DNA from: Somniosus microcephalus
Lineage: Eukaryota
Length of the DNA stretch: 64,000 bases
Direction: 5' to 3'
NCBI GenBank assembly: GCA_052327205.1
Contig: CM126219.1
Span: 16,182,001-16,246,000 of the forward strand
Shown here: in pieces, positions 48,865 to 62,830 of the stretch
Layout: the number at the start of each line of letters is the position of its first letter
How positions within the stretch are numbered: the stretch's first letter is position 1
The notes under the pieces: generated by a model
Told to the model about the DNA's origin: nothing
The model's input: the letters and a program-made list of their open reading frames with translations, nothing else
Database searches by the model: none
Made by a program: the position numbers and the translations under genes

Positions 48865-51800
48865 ACCTCTGCCTTATGCAAGTCTTTTGAAACGAGCACC
48901 AAGTAAAATTGATGGTCTCTCCTCAGTCCAGTATTCCTACATTGACTGCCTCGCCTGCATTCCTGAAACAGAAATGGGAGCTTTACAACGAAACAGGCTT
49001 CTCCAGAAAAATCTGCTTTATGTTGCAAACCTTGAGAATTTAGACTAAAAAGTACAAATAATGGCAACAAAACTCACTTCAATAGAAAAAGGACCTTGAG
49101 TAACTGTTTAGTCCAGATGGAGAAAACCAATTTTAAAACTGCTTTCAGTGGTGATGGTATGTAGTCTATATTAGTTTTGGTAGGGGGGCAACCCTCCTGA
49201 TACTTTGTCCACTTTTAGAAAGTTGGCGGAGGTCAAAGAGTAGTGTCCTGTGCGTTTATTAAGTTTATCAAAGACTTCTTTGGGGGGGGGGGGGGGGGTG
49301 GAATATGATTGGAATAAAGGTATCTTGTAATGGGTGGGGTGGGGAGGGAAGGAAAGGGTTTTCCTGATGCATATGGTATGTTATGAAACTTACATGATTT
49401 TGTATTTTTTTTTCCAGTGTTTGTTAATTAAGAGATAATGTGTGAGTGCATTTTAAAAAGATGTCATTCTGTGTACATGATGCAAATACTCAGTAAAATG
49501 TAGCAGAGAAACTGCTTCTTGAGAGACAGTAAACCATTTTGGGAGGTAAACAATTTATTTTAGAAAAATGGCAAGTTAGATGCAATTTTGGTGCTTCAAA
49601 TGTGGCTGTAATGCAGCAAAAAAGTTTCTTTTTCCCCAAAAGGGGTGATAGAACGTGCTACCGATTAGCAAGTACGTGCAGCGTGAAATCTAGCACTGAG
49701 CGTTGCAGACCAGATGGTCCAACATTCGATCTCTGGTCTGTCCTAAGTTAGGTGATCTTGGCCAGGACAGCAGTAGACCTCAACTCTGGGCCTTCGGGCA
49801 GGAGGGCACTCAGAACATTCAGCTATGGTTGCTACTCCTGATCGGCGTCTAATGACTTCTGGAAAGTCCGCACATGCAGATGTTGCGTGAGGACCGCTCA
49901 GTGACGCCCTCCGCCGTTGAATGGCACACCAGTGTTCATTGTCTTGCCGCTTGCATGAAAAATGACACTTTGGTGTGGTCGCAGAGGTGTGCTGCTGTCA
50001 ATGAAACCTTACTCCAGCATGAGTTGGTGCTGCAGGAGAGGAGACTTGGGGAGGGGAACACATTACAAGAAATGGTAGTTATTTTCAGTACAGTATTCTG
50101 CTTTTTTTTTCCTTTAAAGGTAGACTATCTTTTTCCCTAGACAAAAGTTGCATGAGTTTTATTCCTAAATTTAAAATGGAGATGGTATGCACAAGTGCAA
50201 TCTAACCGTAAAGTACCATTTCCTCTAGCATGGTTGTCCCTTCACCTTTATTTTACTATTTTGGCAAATGCCAATTACATCCATATATTTATGAATTAAA
50301 GTTTTTTCAAAACAAAAAGGGATACTGTCTCATTAGAAAGCAATATTTGGCTTAAACTTTATTCTTAAAGAAAAATTAAGACAATGTCCTTTTTTCACCT
50401 GGGACCTATATTCAAATCCAGCAAAGAGAAAAATGAAGTTTAATTTTCTCTGGGACTTGTGTGGGGTGTTAAAGCACAGGGCTTTGGCCGCCAAGGATTG
50501 GGTTCAAAAAGCAGTCCAACTGCACGCTGGAGCAACTGAATATGGTGCCAGTCTGTTCGAATATCCTTCCGCGTCTTTACACGGCTCAGAATCCAGCTCA
50601 GATAAAAGGGAACAAAGAGCTGCCCTCCAGAATGGCTGTTAAACGTGCTAAAGAAAACACTTGGCAGCCTTGATGTAGCACTTGATCCTGGCCCTTCAGT
50701 GCATGTGTTGGAATTGCAGAAGTTTCTTGGTAGGGCGGTCGTGTGTTAGAACTTGGTTTCAAATCCAACCTAGACAGGAAAAAACCTTTTTTTCCCTGTC
50801 TACAGGAACAGGGGAGGTGTAGTGCTTGAGAAAATATCCTTTCAGCTGTGGACCAGATTTCAAATCCAACCTGTACTGGTGGGATGAAAGTCTCTTGTAG
50901 CTAAAAGAATCCTAAATTAAATGAATTTAGGGTACTCTCCATCAATTCAGTTTCTAGTACGTTGCAGTCCACAAAACAGCCTATAATTTGCCATTAATTG
51001 GGCAACACAAAGGAGCATTGTTGTGGGAATGAAAATATCACAGCTCAGAGGTTCCTTGGGATTCTCCTGCCAACAGAAGATTGGCAAAACCCCCAGAGAA
51101 ACGGTGTAAAACAGCAGTGTTTAGCTATTTACATAGTTTTGGCAGGGGTTCTACCAGCAAAACCGCCCCTGTGGAAATTCCAAACGCACATGTGCATGTT
51201 CTTCAGTGTTTGGGATTAAAGCACGGTGATAGAGTAGAGCTCAAGGAGTTTTACCCTGTATCTAGCCCACAATTGACCAGGAAGTACTCGAGGGCAACAG
51301 AGGGTAAAGTGGAAAGACCTTGGAGCGATCAACAGAAATCAAAACTCAGTATTTCTCGAGTCCTAATGCAAAACCTTCCAAACATGCACCAGAAGAACCA
51401 GTTAGCCAGATATTGCCTTTTTACGCTTGCATCAATTAACTATACAGTGACTGAGTAACGCAAACTCAGTATTAAGGGCTTTGAATATCAGGTAAAACAT
51501 TTTAATTGTTGCAGATATAAAGGTCACACAGATTATAAATATTTCAACCGGTGCATTGAAATGAGTGCAACTTGTTTTTGTATATAGGTTACAGATTTAT
51601 AATTTTTATATACTGCGTTTGGTTTGTAAGCATGAATCTAGCTGTAGAAAGGAAGTACTGTGTACGTGGTTCAGCTAATAAAACCTTACCATTTTAGTAT
51701 TTTAAAAAAGACTCGTTTATATCTTGGTAACCTGGCTGGACTGTGGCTTGATCTAGTTGAAAAGAGTGCAACTTGTTTTTGTATATAGGTTACAGACGGA

Positions 51801-54020
51801 ATGGGATTTTCAGCTTTCTTCGCTGCAGTATCTGCTAATACTGGAATTTTAGCCCAGCGATCTAGAATTTGCGCAGTTGGTGACTTTTTTATGCCTTGAG
51901 TGTTGGTGAACGCTTTGGAGAATTGTGTTTTTAAATTTCCAATTGAAACACCTGGAGTAGCGCACTGAGATATTATAGTATCTTGGGTGTGAGGTTGTTG
52001 GCGTGGCATTCACACAACTGTTAGAATATCATTGCTGGACTGCTAAATGGCTTGCAAACTCTGTGGCTGGAGATACTTATTACCATCTGTTAATACAAAC
52101 ACATCTGGCCAGTCATCTTTTCTAGTTAAATAGAATAAATGTGTTATATTTTTTCCACAGGATTTTTGGAATAAAGTTAACTTGTCACAGTAAGATAAGT
52201 TGAGAAAAATTAGCTGTTTTCATTTCAGATTATCAGTGTTGGCCCAGTTGGCAGGAACAGCTGCTCTGCTGTTAAAAGCCCACTCATCACCAGGTTTGAC
52301 ATTAAAAACTTGCGACATAGCAACATTACTGCACATTAACCAACTGACACTTAAGTCAGAAATGATCGGATAGCTCCACTGCAGGCTGAATGAGTAAGGA
52401 CATCATCCAGTGATACCAATGAGACACCCAACTAGCCACTCAGGTCATCCCACAGGCAGAGGATTGGATGACGACTCCTTCAATTGATTTGTTTCTCCAA
52501 CCCCAGCTACATGCTCAAGGGTCTCCATTAGCATCTAGACTAATCCAATCTGTAGAGGGTGCTGAATCAAAAACAATTGACCTGCATGGTAGAGTTAGTC
52601 ATACATAAAATACAGCCATCCTCCCCCCATGACTCAGCAATCTTCAGGTCATGTGTTGGGGGGGCAGGCAGGGTTCTGATAGTCTGTTGTGTGTAGATGT
52701 AAACAATTTTCTGCATTGTTGGCACCATTTTTTTTTAATGTCACAGAAGCAGAGAGTTTCAGATGGTCAACAGCACTCAACTTTGCCATTAAATAGTATT
52801 TCCTGCCATGCGATCAGCCTGACACTCCAGTGGTGTGCATAGAGAATACTACACATTCAAAGTGAAAATAGACCATTGTACTGGTGGGGAGGAGTTGGCA
52901 AAAAGTTCAACCTAGCTGGACCTCATCTTCCAAGGGATCAAGACCTCCACTTTGGGATCCTATAGGATGTTTAGTGACTGGTTTGAATTAGACTACATGG
53001 TACCAGGCCATCCCACTATTGCAAGCTGATGCTCCAAGTTGCTGACAAAATTCAGTGCTGACCACTTACCCTCCCCGCCTCATGGCCACTCATGTCCTGT
53101 CAGTTAGAAGCGATTCTAGCTATTTCATATAGTGGGCTACCACCCAAGACAAATCTAATTTATCTTTCTCGCTTCACTCTGCCTGAACTAGGTCCCAAAA
53201 GGGGTGGATTGCAAGACAGTGGCCTTTAAAATGTTATTTAAATGATGGTCTGGTTCAGATCTAACTTTCATTTAGATCAAGCCAAAAAAAAAAAAAAATC
53301 AATTGAAGTATAAAACGTGCTTAATTAACCAGGGTGCTTTTAATGTAAAGCTCAATACTCCATGAGAGCATAGCCCAACCTAGCAATGCACCAATTTCAT
53401 TCCTTCCACACTATTTCCCCTTTCAGGATTTCATCTACTTGTACATTTTCCCTCCAATCTAAGTGAAGGAATGTTGGGTATACCTACAGCTTAAGCTACA
53501 AAGCCCATCAAATGTTTTCATGCATTATTGGATTATACTCCGGTGCTAGTCACAGAGTTGTCAGTTTTGTTAATTTTTTTTTAAGGCAGGGGATGGATGG
53601 ATGATCCATGCTAGATGGATCAAAATGGCTATACCAATGTGCACACTACTACAAGTAAAGGAAATTAATGTGCAGGCACAGAACCCTAACTGATCATATG
53701 CTTGAAGGGACTACTTATTTAAAACATTTGGTATCTCTACTAAGCAACAGTGGCATCGTATAGCCCATGAGGGACTTACTAAGTTCACGTTTGCCTTCTA
53801 ATGATCTTCTGCTTGGGTGCAGAGAGGGCTCTTGTTTCTTTATCGTTCTTAGTGAAGTATGATCATTTACAATATAAACTATATAAAACAGCTGGAGCTT
53901 GTTTATTTCTAGTCACCAATTGCCCTTTTACACATGTGTATCACTATACAAGATTTTTTTTTTTTTTTTACACTTCAGTTAATTGAAAATGTAGTGAAAT
54001 AAAGAAAAATTTCCATAGAA
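48865..54020 (+). other. NFYA: Probable long NFYA 3' UTR with alternative poly(A) signals (end uncertain)
   Basis: U-rich and LINE-poor; AATAAA at 51677, ~52134, ~52170 and 53998. Confidence 0.5.
49690..50050 (+). mobile_element. LF-SINE-like element within the putative NFYA 3' UTR
   Basis: Colinear similarity to 17560-18100. Confidence 0.55.
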
Positions 54021-57000
54021 TGGTTAAATAAAAACTCCTTTCACACAAGTTGCTGTTGTATTAATCATTATTCAGGATATACAAGAGCTTGCTCTTCACC
54101 TTAATCCTATAAAGCACTTTAATTTAGTTATTACAACTATGGGGGAGGCACTTTAGGGGTTTGCTCTCTTTCTTCCCCCCACCCCACATTGAGAATTAAT
54201 TATAATTATAGTCAGTTATAAAAGCATTCAAATCAACTGGTGCCCCCAAGAATTTAATTTGTTATAACAGTTTAAGTAATGAACTTTTGTCTAGAGAAAG
54301 CTAGTACTGAACATAGAGAGTGGAGGTTGGTGACCAATTCATGGGTACTCCACACTGTCATGACCATTGCTAATTGGAATGGAATCCTAAATATAGATGG
54401 ACTCACCCACAGAAACTATGAGGAAAACAAGTTTTGATTCTCACAGTATCTTTGCTGGTCAGAACACACCATATTCCTTCATTGGCATTTCAACTTCCAA
54501 AATTGAAGGAAGGCAGAGAACCGACTTTGCAGTGGAGTTTGGTATTTGAGCCAAGCACATTTGGACAAATCAGTGTGGTAAATTAATTAAAGCTCTTTAC
54601 CAAGGATGGATAGGGATTCCTATAGAACTCCAGACACCGCTTAAAAGCATTGGGAGGGAAGAGGAACACCATCAGGCTATTTTACAAAATTACTTTATTA
54701 GTAAGCTAGCAGCTCACGTGTAGGCATTTTCAGGGAGCATCCTCCCTGTTCTGCATTAGTATATGCTACCCCATGACATTGCAGTAATTTTTGTGGAGAA
54801 CGTCATAAGTTGCAGGGGACTAAGCTGGTCATTATCTTTCATAGCAAGTCCAAAACATTTTCTGGTAATTATCACAATGCTGTCTGTGGGAGCTTGGTGT
54901 GCGCAAATTGCCCGTCGCGTTTCCTACATTATAACTGGCTGTAAAGCACTTTGGGACGTCGAAGTCGTGAAAGGCGCTACAGAAGTGCAAGTGTCTGTCT
55001 TAAAGAATGTTGAAGAACTGGTGTCTGCATAACAATATTTTAATAACAAATTAATCACAAGTGTCTTAGTTTCTTAATCAACTATCCATTCTGGAGCAAA
55101 CCTCTTTGTAAAGAGAGCAATGTTCCTACATACAATCCATCGGACACTAGAGTACTCCCATTACCAAAATGTTACCCCAACATCCACAAGTTGTTTACAA
55201 GATTTTGCCACAAACTCAATAAGGGGAATGTTATTTTCACTTCAATGCAAGCCTATAAAAATGGCACCAAAAAACATAATTACTATTTCCAAGTGCTTTG
55301 ATAGTATTTACATTAGGCAAGTTAGTCCATTTACCATCATTACTACAGCTGACGCAAGTCCTCAGTGCCATTTTCACCAACCTGGTGTTCACTCATTACA
55401 TATCTCACTCTGGTGCATTTAAGTATTTTACCTTTACTCATTTCACCTAGGAATAGAATACAATTCACTTCAAACTGTCACAGGCATCTCAGATTGATCA
55501 CACGATAAAAAGGTTTGTATAGCACCGAACTCAGTTACAAGCAGTGCATCAGTGGCCCTACTGCAGTTTAGTCCATGGGTAAAACGGATAAGTTTCCTGC
55601 CAAGCAATATGATGCGGTGATCTCCCAGTTGCCTGAACAGCCAGCTTGGCAATGTTACCAAGAGGGGGAAAAAAAGTGAACATGTTAGATGTGAAGCTAC
55701 TTTAAGCCTGTGCTAGGTTTGAGGGGAAAGGGCACTCCTGATAGATTAGAGATACTGGCTCAGAGAGAAAGGAAACAGCAAGTTGGAGCTCCCATTATTC
55801 CCCAATAGAAGCAAACCAACCTTTGATCTACCACCACTAACAGCAATTTGTGAAGTTAAACCTGAAAAGCCATGTTACACAATGTTCGACAAGCTTAAAT
55901 TCAAGGTTAGAGTACAAGATTGTTTTCAGCTCTGCCAAGCAACGTATGGAGAATATAGCAAGTAAAATCACATACAATATCTACTGTGTATCAGATGCAC
56001 TTTTACTTGTACCAAATCTTGATTACTCACGCTGCTATACTCATAGAAAGACTCAAATAGCACAACACGAACATACGATGAGATAAATGACAAAGCATCA
56101 ACAAAATTCTGCTGGGATGCTGAAATTTGAGGACTTTTTTTTTTTAATATATAGTCTTGGTTTGCTAAATATTAGCAAGACAATGACCTCTTCAGTTTGA
56201 AATAGCATGTGGCTTGGCACTGGAAGGGGGAGGGAGAGAAGGACAGTGGGGAAAAAAAAAAAATCTACATCTAAAACAAAAATGCGCTTGCATGAAAGAA
56301 ATCTGAGCCACAGCAAACCTGACAAATTGTCCAGTTGTGGGGAACAGTCACTCCACGATGACTCCTGGCTGTTCAGTCACATTTTGTGCTAACAAAATAG
56401 GAGTTATCCAATAATATAAATTAACAGACAGCAAAGTGAGAATTCAGCGGTTAAAACTGAAAGGCACATTTTAAATTAAGTGACTTGGAATAAATAGACT
56501 ATGAGCAAGAGATAGAAATCTAATCCTCAACACAACCAGAAAAACATCTGATCATAAATGTCAGAAATGTTTACTAGACTGCATCATGTGAAAGACAGGT
56601 TTTGCATACCACTGACAGTTGATGGGCAAGGCCGCACTAATGTAACTGAATACCCGAACTGAACTTAAAGCTAGACATTTCTTTTTAAATGCGGACGAAA
56701 GAGAGAAATTTAGACAAACTGTCAGCCTGATAACCTGCAGTAGCTATTTTATCTCAAACAGCCTGTGGATTCTCACATCCTCTATTTCTTTAAATAAATA
56801 AAGTCAAAATTATAGTTACCTATAATTAATTATCAGGGCAGAGAACAGAAGACTAGGTACTCAGTCAGTAAATACACTCAAGTGCGCCCAACAGATATCA
56901 GAAAGCTCCAGTACACTTATCAATACAGCACTTACTCGCTCTTGGAGCCTACCAAGGGAAATTTCTTAATTTTGTAAGTTGTATGCCTTAGATATAGCCC

Positions 57001-58131
57001 CAACACCTTTAAGCTACAAGAATCACACCAATGTGTATCCATACTATTTTCCAGAAGCACGATTCCATTTTGCAAGCATCTTTTATAAAATAAAGAGTTG
57101 TGCTCAGTTTAAATAGACACATGGGTTATGTTGAACACAATGGAATAGGCCAGCTACTTGGGGGTCCACATTGTAGAAGGTGGAGAGGAGACAAGGTCCA
57201 AAACGGAATTCTGTAACACTGATCAGATAAGGTCTAAACTGAATGTTCCGTGGTTAATGGCGTGCAACGCCTTTAAAAGCACAGTGCGAGACATTTCAAC
57301 ATGAGCATCACATTCAAATCTAATTGGCACCAACTCAAGCCATCTCTGTCCAAGGGGCGGCAAAATATAATGTGCAAGAAAGTAAAGTGCAAGAAGGAAG
57401 GTCTGAAATGGGAGTGTGTAGGTGAGTTGCCAGAAGTAATCTAGAAAGACGCATCTACCAATCAATGCAAAAGAAGTGCGCATTGCACTCGGCTCCTTGC
57501 CTCACCGGTTTGTGTTTGGGTGGGGGGGTGGGGGGAAAGTGTATAAAAGAATGCTTCTAAGCATGGTTATCCCCTTTCAGCGAGAAGCACCATATGCTAT
57601 ACTTTTCCCAGGACACCACATTACCAGGAACGTCTGTAGTGTGCCACCTGCAGTGGGTAAGCAGCCACAAAGGATTATATTCGAGTTAGGCCCAAACTGT
57701 TGGGCTATTAACTGATGGCATACAACAAGCAGGATATTGTCTTTACTTCGGAGCTACTCCTTAGGTACATGACCATCCCTTCAAAACTAAATCCTGCCTT
57801 GTGCGGCTTTTATTTTGTCACTCAATCCAGTCCCCACAAGAGCCATTGGGCTTTTTGCTTCGGAAGTCCTGCAGAAGCCATTTTCCCACCCCCCCCCACC
57901 CTCGAGATTTATTTTCCTATAATAAATAAATTACAACTTTCAGCCAGAAATAGCAGAAGATCTTCATTTTCCATCAGCTGGGCGTGGAGGCCGACGACAC
58001 TACAAATGGTGCCTCCAGTCCGTTCATCCTGCAGCTCGTATTTGTTAATGGGAGTCCAGTCATGTCCAGTGCCCCACAGTCACTGCAGTCTCATTCTCTG
58101 CATAAGCGGCGGGCTTGGAGGGGGCTTCGGT

Positions 58132-58277
58132 TTAAGAAGCAGCAGAGCAGCAGGCCCCAGTGCTTAGCGGCTGCGGTTCATCATCATCAATGATCTGTAT
58201 GCCCCGCCGTGTGTTGCCCGCCCGACTGGGATCGTTCTCTCTTGCCGCTTCCTCTGCTTGGGCAACTTCAAGCATCT
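58132..58277 (-). CDS. RAB21: RAB21-like last exon: (K)MLEVAQAEEAARENDPSRAGNTRRGIQIIDDDEPQPLSTGACCSAAS*
   Basis: RRGIQIIDD..CC resembles the RAB21 C-terminus; acceptor TTTTCAG; phase matches the preceding exon. Confidence 0.9.
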
Positions 58278-58384
58278 CTGAAAAGGAGGGAAAATAAAAA
58301 CGTTTTAGGAACTCCCAAAGTACTGACCACGTCATTAATAGAAAGTGGTTGGGGGGGGGGGGGGGGGGGGGGGTAAAAAAGGAA

Positions 58385-58710
58385 AAAAAAGACTTGCATT
58401 TATATAGCTCCTTTCACAACCTCAGGACTTCCCAAAGCACTTTACAGCCAATGATGTGCTTTCGTAGTTACTGTTGTAGGAAATGCAGCAGCCAATTTTA
58501 ACACAGCAAGCTCCCACAAAACAGCAATGTGATAATGACATGACCAGACCATTTTTTTTTTTTTTTTTTTTTTGTGGTGTTGGTCAGGGGATAAGTATTG
58601 GCCAGGATATCAGGGAGAAGTCCCTTGCTCCTCTTCAAATAGTGCCATGGGATCTTTTACATCCACCCAAGGGGAGGCAGACGGGGCCTCAGTTTAACGT
58701 CTCATCCTAA
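58385..58710 (-). mobile_element. Deu-domain SINE fragment
   Basis: Colinear with 18259-18570. Confidence 0.78.
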
Positions 58711-58926
58711 AATAGCATTGCTGCACTGGACATTTTCTGCATCTTTGGGACAGCTGCAACATTGTTCTGAAAGACACCACCGCTCCAATGTTTGACACTG
58801 TAGCACAAACTTCCCATCCATCCCCCAACCTCCAAATAAGTTTCTGTATTAATTATTTAAAAAAAAAAAAAAAAAAAGAGGTTGAATATGTAGCACCAGC
58901 CACATAAGGAGATATTCAATTTAAAT

Positions 58927-59652
58927 GGGCCAGAACTTCGGGTCCCCACGGGTGAGTATGCGCTGGGTACTCTTGCGTAGGCCCAACAAAAGTGCCAGTT
59001 TCATGCATGCACGGGAAACCGGAACTTCCGTTCCCTTAAAAAGGAAGGGGTTCACAGGTCGAACGTGTGCGCCGGAGAGGCAGCGCGCACGCCTGGAACT
59101 TCCTTTTTTTTTTTTTTTTGCGGGTTTCTCCGGGAGGGCAAGTCTCCAGGAGCTACGCTTCTAAAAAGCAGTCGCAAGGCCTGCTTTTAACAAGGTATGT
59201 GGTGAATTAAGTTAAATTAAAACATTTTTTCCACAGGTTTATTATTTTTAAATACTTTAAAGAAAGGCAAGTTTATTTTTAGCCCTGTTAGAAACTAATT
59301 ATTTTTTCAAAAAATAATTAAACAAAAATTTCAATTTATGTAATTTAGTTATTTTTAAAAATTTTGAAGTTTGTGATTTTTGGGGCTGAATTGTATTCAT
59401 AGATTCGACAGCTCTTCCTGTCAAATCTATGAATAGAGATTCCCTGCTACCATTGGCTCTCCATGGCCCATGTGATCCCAGGGGACGCATCGAACTAACT
59501 GCGCCCCTGGGATACGCAAGCACTGCTCGCCGGCAGTTGGAGTCCCAGGATCGGAATCCCACACGGGCCCACAGCACAACAGCTGGCGCGCTAGGTAAGT
59601 GCAGGTCGGAGGCTTGCACCCGCGGGAAGCCTCCAAACCAAATTTTTGGACC
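58927..59652. mobile_element. Harbinger-like MITE inserted in an L2-type tail fragment
   Basis: Imperfect TIRs GGGCCAGAACTTCGG / CCAAATTTTTGGACC. The flanks rejoin the repeat seen uninterrupted at ~18850-18930. Confidence 0.6.
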
Positions 59653-59802
59653 ATTAATAGGACACGAGACCAAAAGCTTAGTCAAAGAGGCAGGTTTTAA
59701 GGAGCATCTTAAAAAAAAAAAGGTGGGAGAGGTTGAACAGGCACAATTGGGTGAAGCACATCACAGCTGAGAGCTAGTCAGAGTTGGAGAACACTCACTC
59801 AC

Positions 59803-59891
59803 TTTTACAGACATCAAGAAAGAGTTCCTCAATGCCTTTGTTCACTTTGGCAGAAGTGTGGAAGTGCTTTGCTCCTACAGACTCTGCATAC
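59803..59891 (-). CDS. RAB21: RAB21-like exon: YAESVGAKHFHTSAKVNKGIEELFLDVCK
   Basis: 89 nt, phase 2/1, G5 TSAK motif, AG and GTGAGT boundaries. Confidence 0.94.
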
Positions 59892-60280
59892 CTGTTGGGG
59901 AGGAATTATTTAAAGAATTTTAATGAGTCAAGAGATTGAACATCAAAGACTATAAACAAAAATGTTAATCCGGGGGGCACAGCACGTAGGAGCAGTAATG
60001 TAGATTTGCACCCACAAGATTAATATCCTCAACTAGGCAATTATGTGGAGGTGGCAGAAAGCAAGAAGCACTCCCCTTCTGCCACCCTTGTAGCCATCTA
60101 TTTTTCCCACTGGCAGCAGGTCCTCTCAGCCAGGCAAGGCATGCAACATACAAAGACTCAGAAGGGCGCAGGGAAATAAAACGCAAGTGGCACTTTAAAA
60201 AGAGTCACTGCAACACAATGTTCCGAAGAGACTCGCGTTGGTTTAATCAACAGCATTTGTTTAAAGACAGGAGGTAGAGT

Positions 60281-60934
60281 CAGCAATTCTCAAACTTTTT
60301 TGGTTGAAGGACCCCTTTTCAAATAGATTAGTAATCACTGACCCCCCCCATCTAAATTAGAATACTCATATGAAAGTGCTGCGTGTAAACAGAGCATTTC
60401 AATTATGCTTTTAAGAAAACAGATATCAATGAGACGGGTGTGCCTGCTTCTCACTGCAGAGTCCGTCTACCCTTGGTGTGATGTTTCTCCCCAGCAGAGG
60501 CAGCTTAAACTCCACCATATTTCCTGAAAATGTTGGTGTAGCAATGCTAAGGAAACTCTACCAACTGTATATCGAGGTGGCATGGTTTTGGCCACACACT
60601 GCTTTGTGTCATAGCACAGTCTGCGATCGGCTGTGAAGAGGGCTCTTCTCGTGGGTTAAGCGGAGTTTGTCTGTGGTTGCCTTCCTTGTAGAATAGCATA
60701 GCATTTTATCCAGGGAAGAGGACTTGCGATTTTTGTTGGTAAACAACTTGGGAATTGATTCTAAATGGGTTTGTAACCTTCAGGCATCTCCCCTCCTAGG
60801 TGAGACAGCCAGCCCACTCTGCGCTGCACATGTGGCGGCCGCACTTGCCCATTATTTCGCGGACCCCCTGGAAAGTCTCTATGGGGCTCCTCCCCTCCAC
60901 CAGGGGTCCGCGGACCCCAGTTTGAGAACCTCTG
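60281..60934. mobile_element. hAT/Charlie-like MITE
   Basis: Termini CAGCAATTCTCAAACT / AGTTTGAGAACCTCTG and subterminal GGACCCC repeats; TSD not preserved. Confidence 0.65.
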
Positions 60935-61853
60935 CATTAAAAGAGCAACGAGATGATTCAGGACTCACGAAGAGCGTGGTTTGCTTGCCCAGCCCACCGA
61001 TCTAAAAGCAGGTTAACAAAATAAAACAGGTTAAAAGAGAGGGCTGGCTATAATGATGCACTTCAAAGGCTAATTGAGCAGTGTTGGTTTAAAGGCTTGA
61101 AGACTTCCAACATTCTTCAAAACAAATTTCTAACCAGGACAAACCATTCCTGCAATTAGAACACAATGTCCTCTCCACAGAAACAGAGCACAATCACTTC
61201 ACTCACCAAGCGAGGGGGAAACGACGCACGGCTGTCCGTACAGAGCGCTCCGAGCAGGATTTAGCAATAAATGTCCCCGTGAAGCAGGTGATTGCACTAT
61301 ACGCCTTTCCATTATATAAATATATACATAACAGAAGCAAGAGATCAGAACAGATCCTTACCACCGAGGTCCCGAGATTAAAGGTCCTTTCCTCGAAAGT
61401 TGAATTAAAACAGTTTGACTGCAAGGGTGGGGCAGCGCAAAGCTAAACGTCATCCTCCCCCTCACTCAACATCCGCTCAAAATGTACTTTCCTGCTGGGT
61501 CACTGGACAGTGATTAGAAGTAGGAAAACCCTGGAAACTGGCCAATTTGCACGTTCCCTACCAGTACGCACACCGAGATCCCCAAACCAGGGATTGATTG
61601 TTGCTGTCCTGATTCTCGACGTTAAATAGACTGTGCACTCAGTAACGATTTGAAGGGCTCAATATCACACTGGGTGCTGCATTTACCCCCAAAGCGAAAA
61701 TAAAAATATCACTTAAAAACCAGTTTACAATAAATCCCTTAACACCAACTCCAATGTCAAAGCTGTGTCCCATACACACACTCCTCAGCAGCTAGCTGGC
61801 TAAAATCCAGCTCCAGTTTTCCCCAAAGGTTCCATTCAGTGCCTGATACATAC

Positions 61854-61908
61854 GCCTCTGCTTCTTCAATGGACACAGTCCGATCCTTCTCCAGGTCAGT
61901 TTTATTCC
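61854..61908 (-). CDS. RAB21: RAB21-like exon: GNKTDLEKDRTVSIEEAEA (upstream exons lie beyond the window)
   Basis: 55 nt, phase 1/2, G4 NKxD motif, CAG and GTATGT boundaries. Confidence 0.93.
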
Positions 61909-62830
61909 CTGCGAATTCAACAAAGCAATTATTAAAGAACAGTAACCTCCAGACACCAAAATTGTAAGCTCGCTGAAAATTGCTGCAAGTTTTTTTTCCC
62001 CACCCCCCCCCCCCCCCACAAATTTGAGAGTCCAAGTTGAAAGGTCAAGGCCCGCAGAGCAAGATCTCGTAAAGGCTAAATTCAAAACAAACACAGGAGA
62101 AGGCCAATGCAGCAGTAATGATTAAAAGGAGGCTAGGCTTGGGGTTGTTAAAAAAACCCTCAAGATTGTAGAAGGGACACAGATTGAGAGAGAAGAGTCC
62201 TGGCAAAGGAATTAGTTCCCAGTTTATGGAGACTCCATAAATCTGGTCTGATGTTGCAGGCTTTAGTGAAGGAGTAGCCAACACCTCCTTGCTCAAACTG
62301 TTATACGTGGCAATGATGATTTTACTTGGCTGTCATTTTACATCAGCAAATAGGAACACATTATGCATGGGACAAAACTGCATTAGCATGTCTGATCTGA
62401 TATCTCCATATGAACATTGATACTTGAACCCTTTCCTACACACAAGTGCTAACTCCCTCTCACCATCACACATTTACGTTGCACTGAGGCACTTTAAGTT
62501 GGTCAATCATGCCACAACTATCTTTGCACCACACCAGATGCAAACATGCTGTGATCACCAAGTGTCTCCACTGAACATTCCGATCGGGACAGCAGCCGAC
62601 ACATCCTGCACCCCAATCCAAGCAGTTTTATCACACACAAAAAGGATACTGAACCGATGTTTAGTGTGAGGGCCAACTTTAGTGATACCTTATGGGCTCT
62701 GCTGTTCCACCTCTTCCTTTTAAAAAGGTTACTAATAAATTACTTGAGACATTGACATAGCAGAATTGAATGGGGAATGCCAACATAGCAATTTACAAAT
62801 AGTATACATGGACAGAAAAGTCAGCAAATA

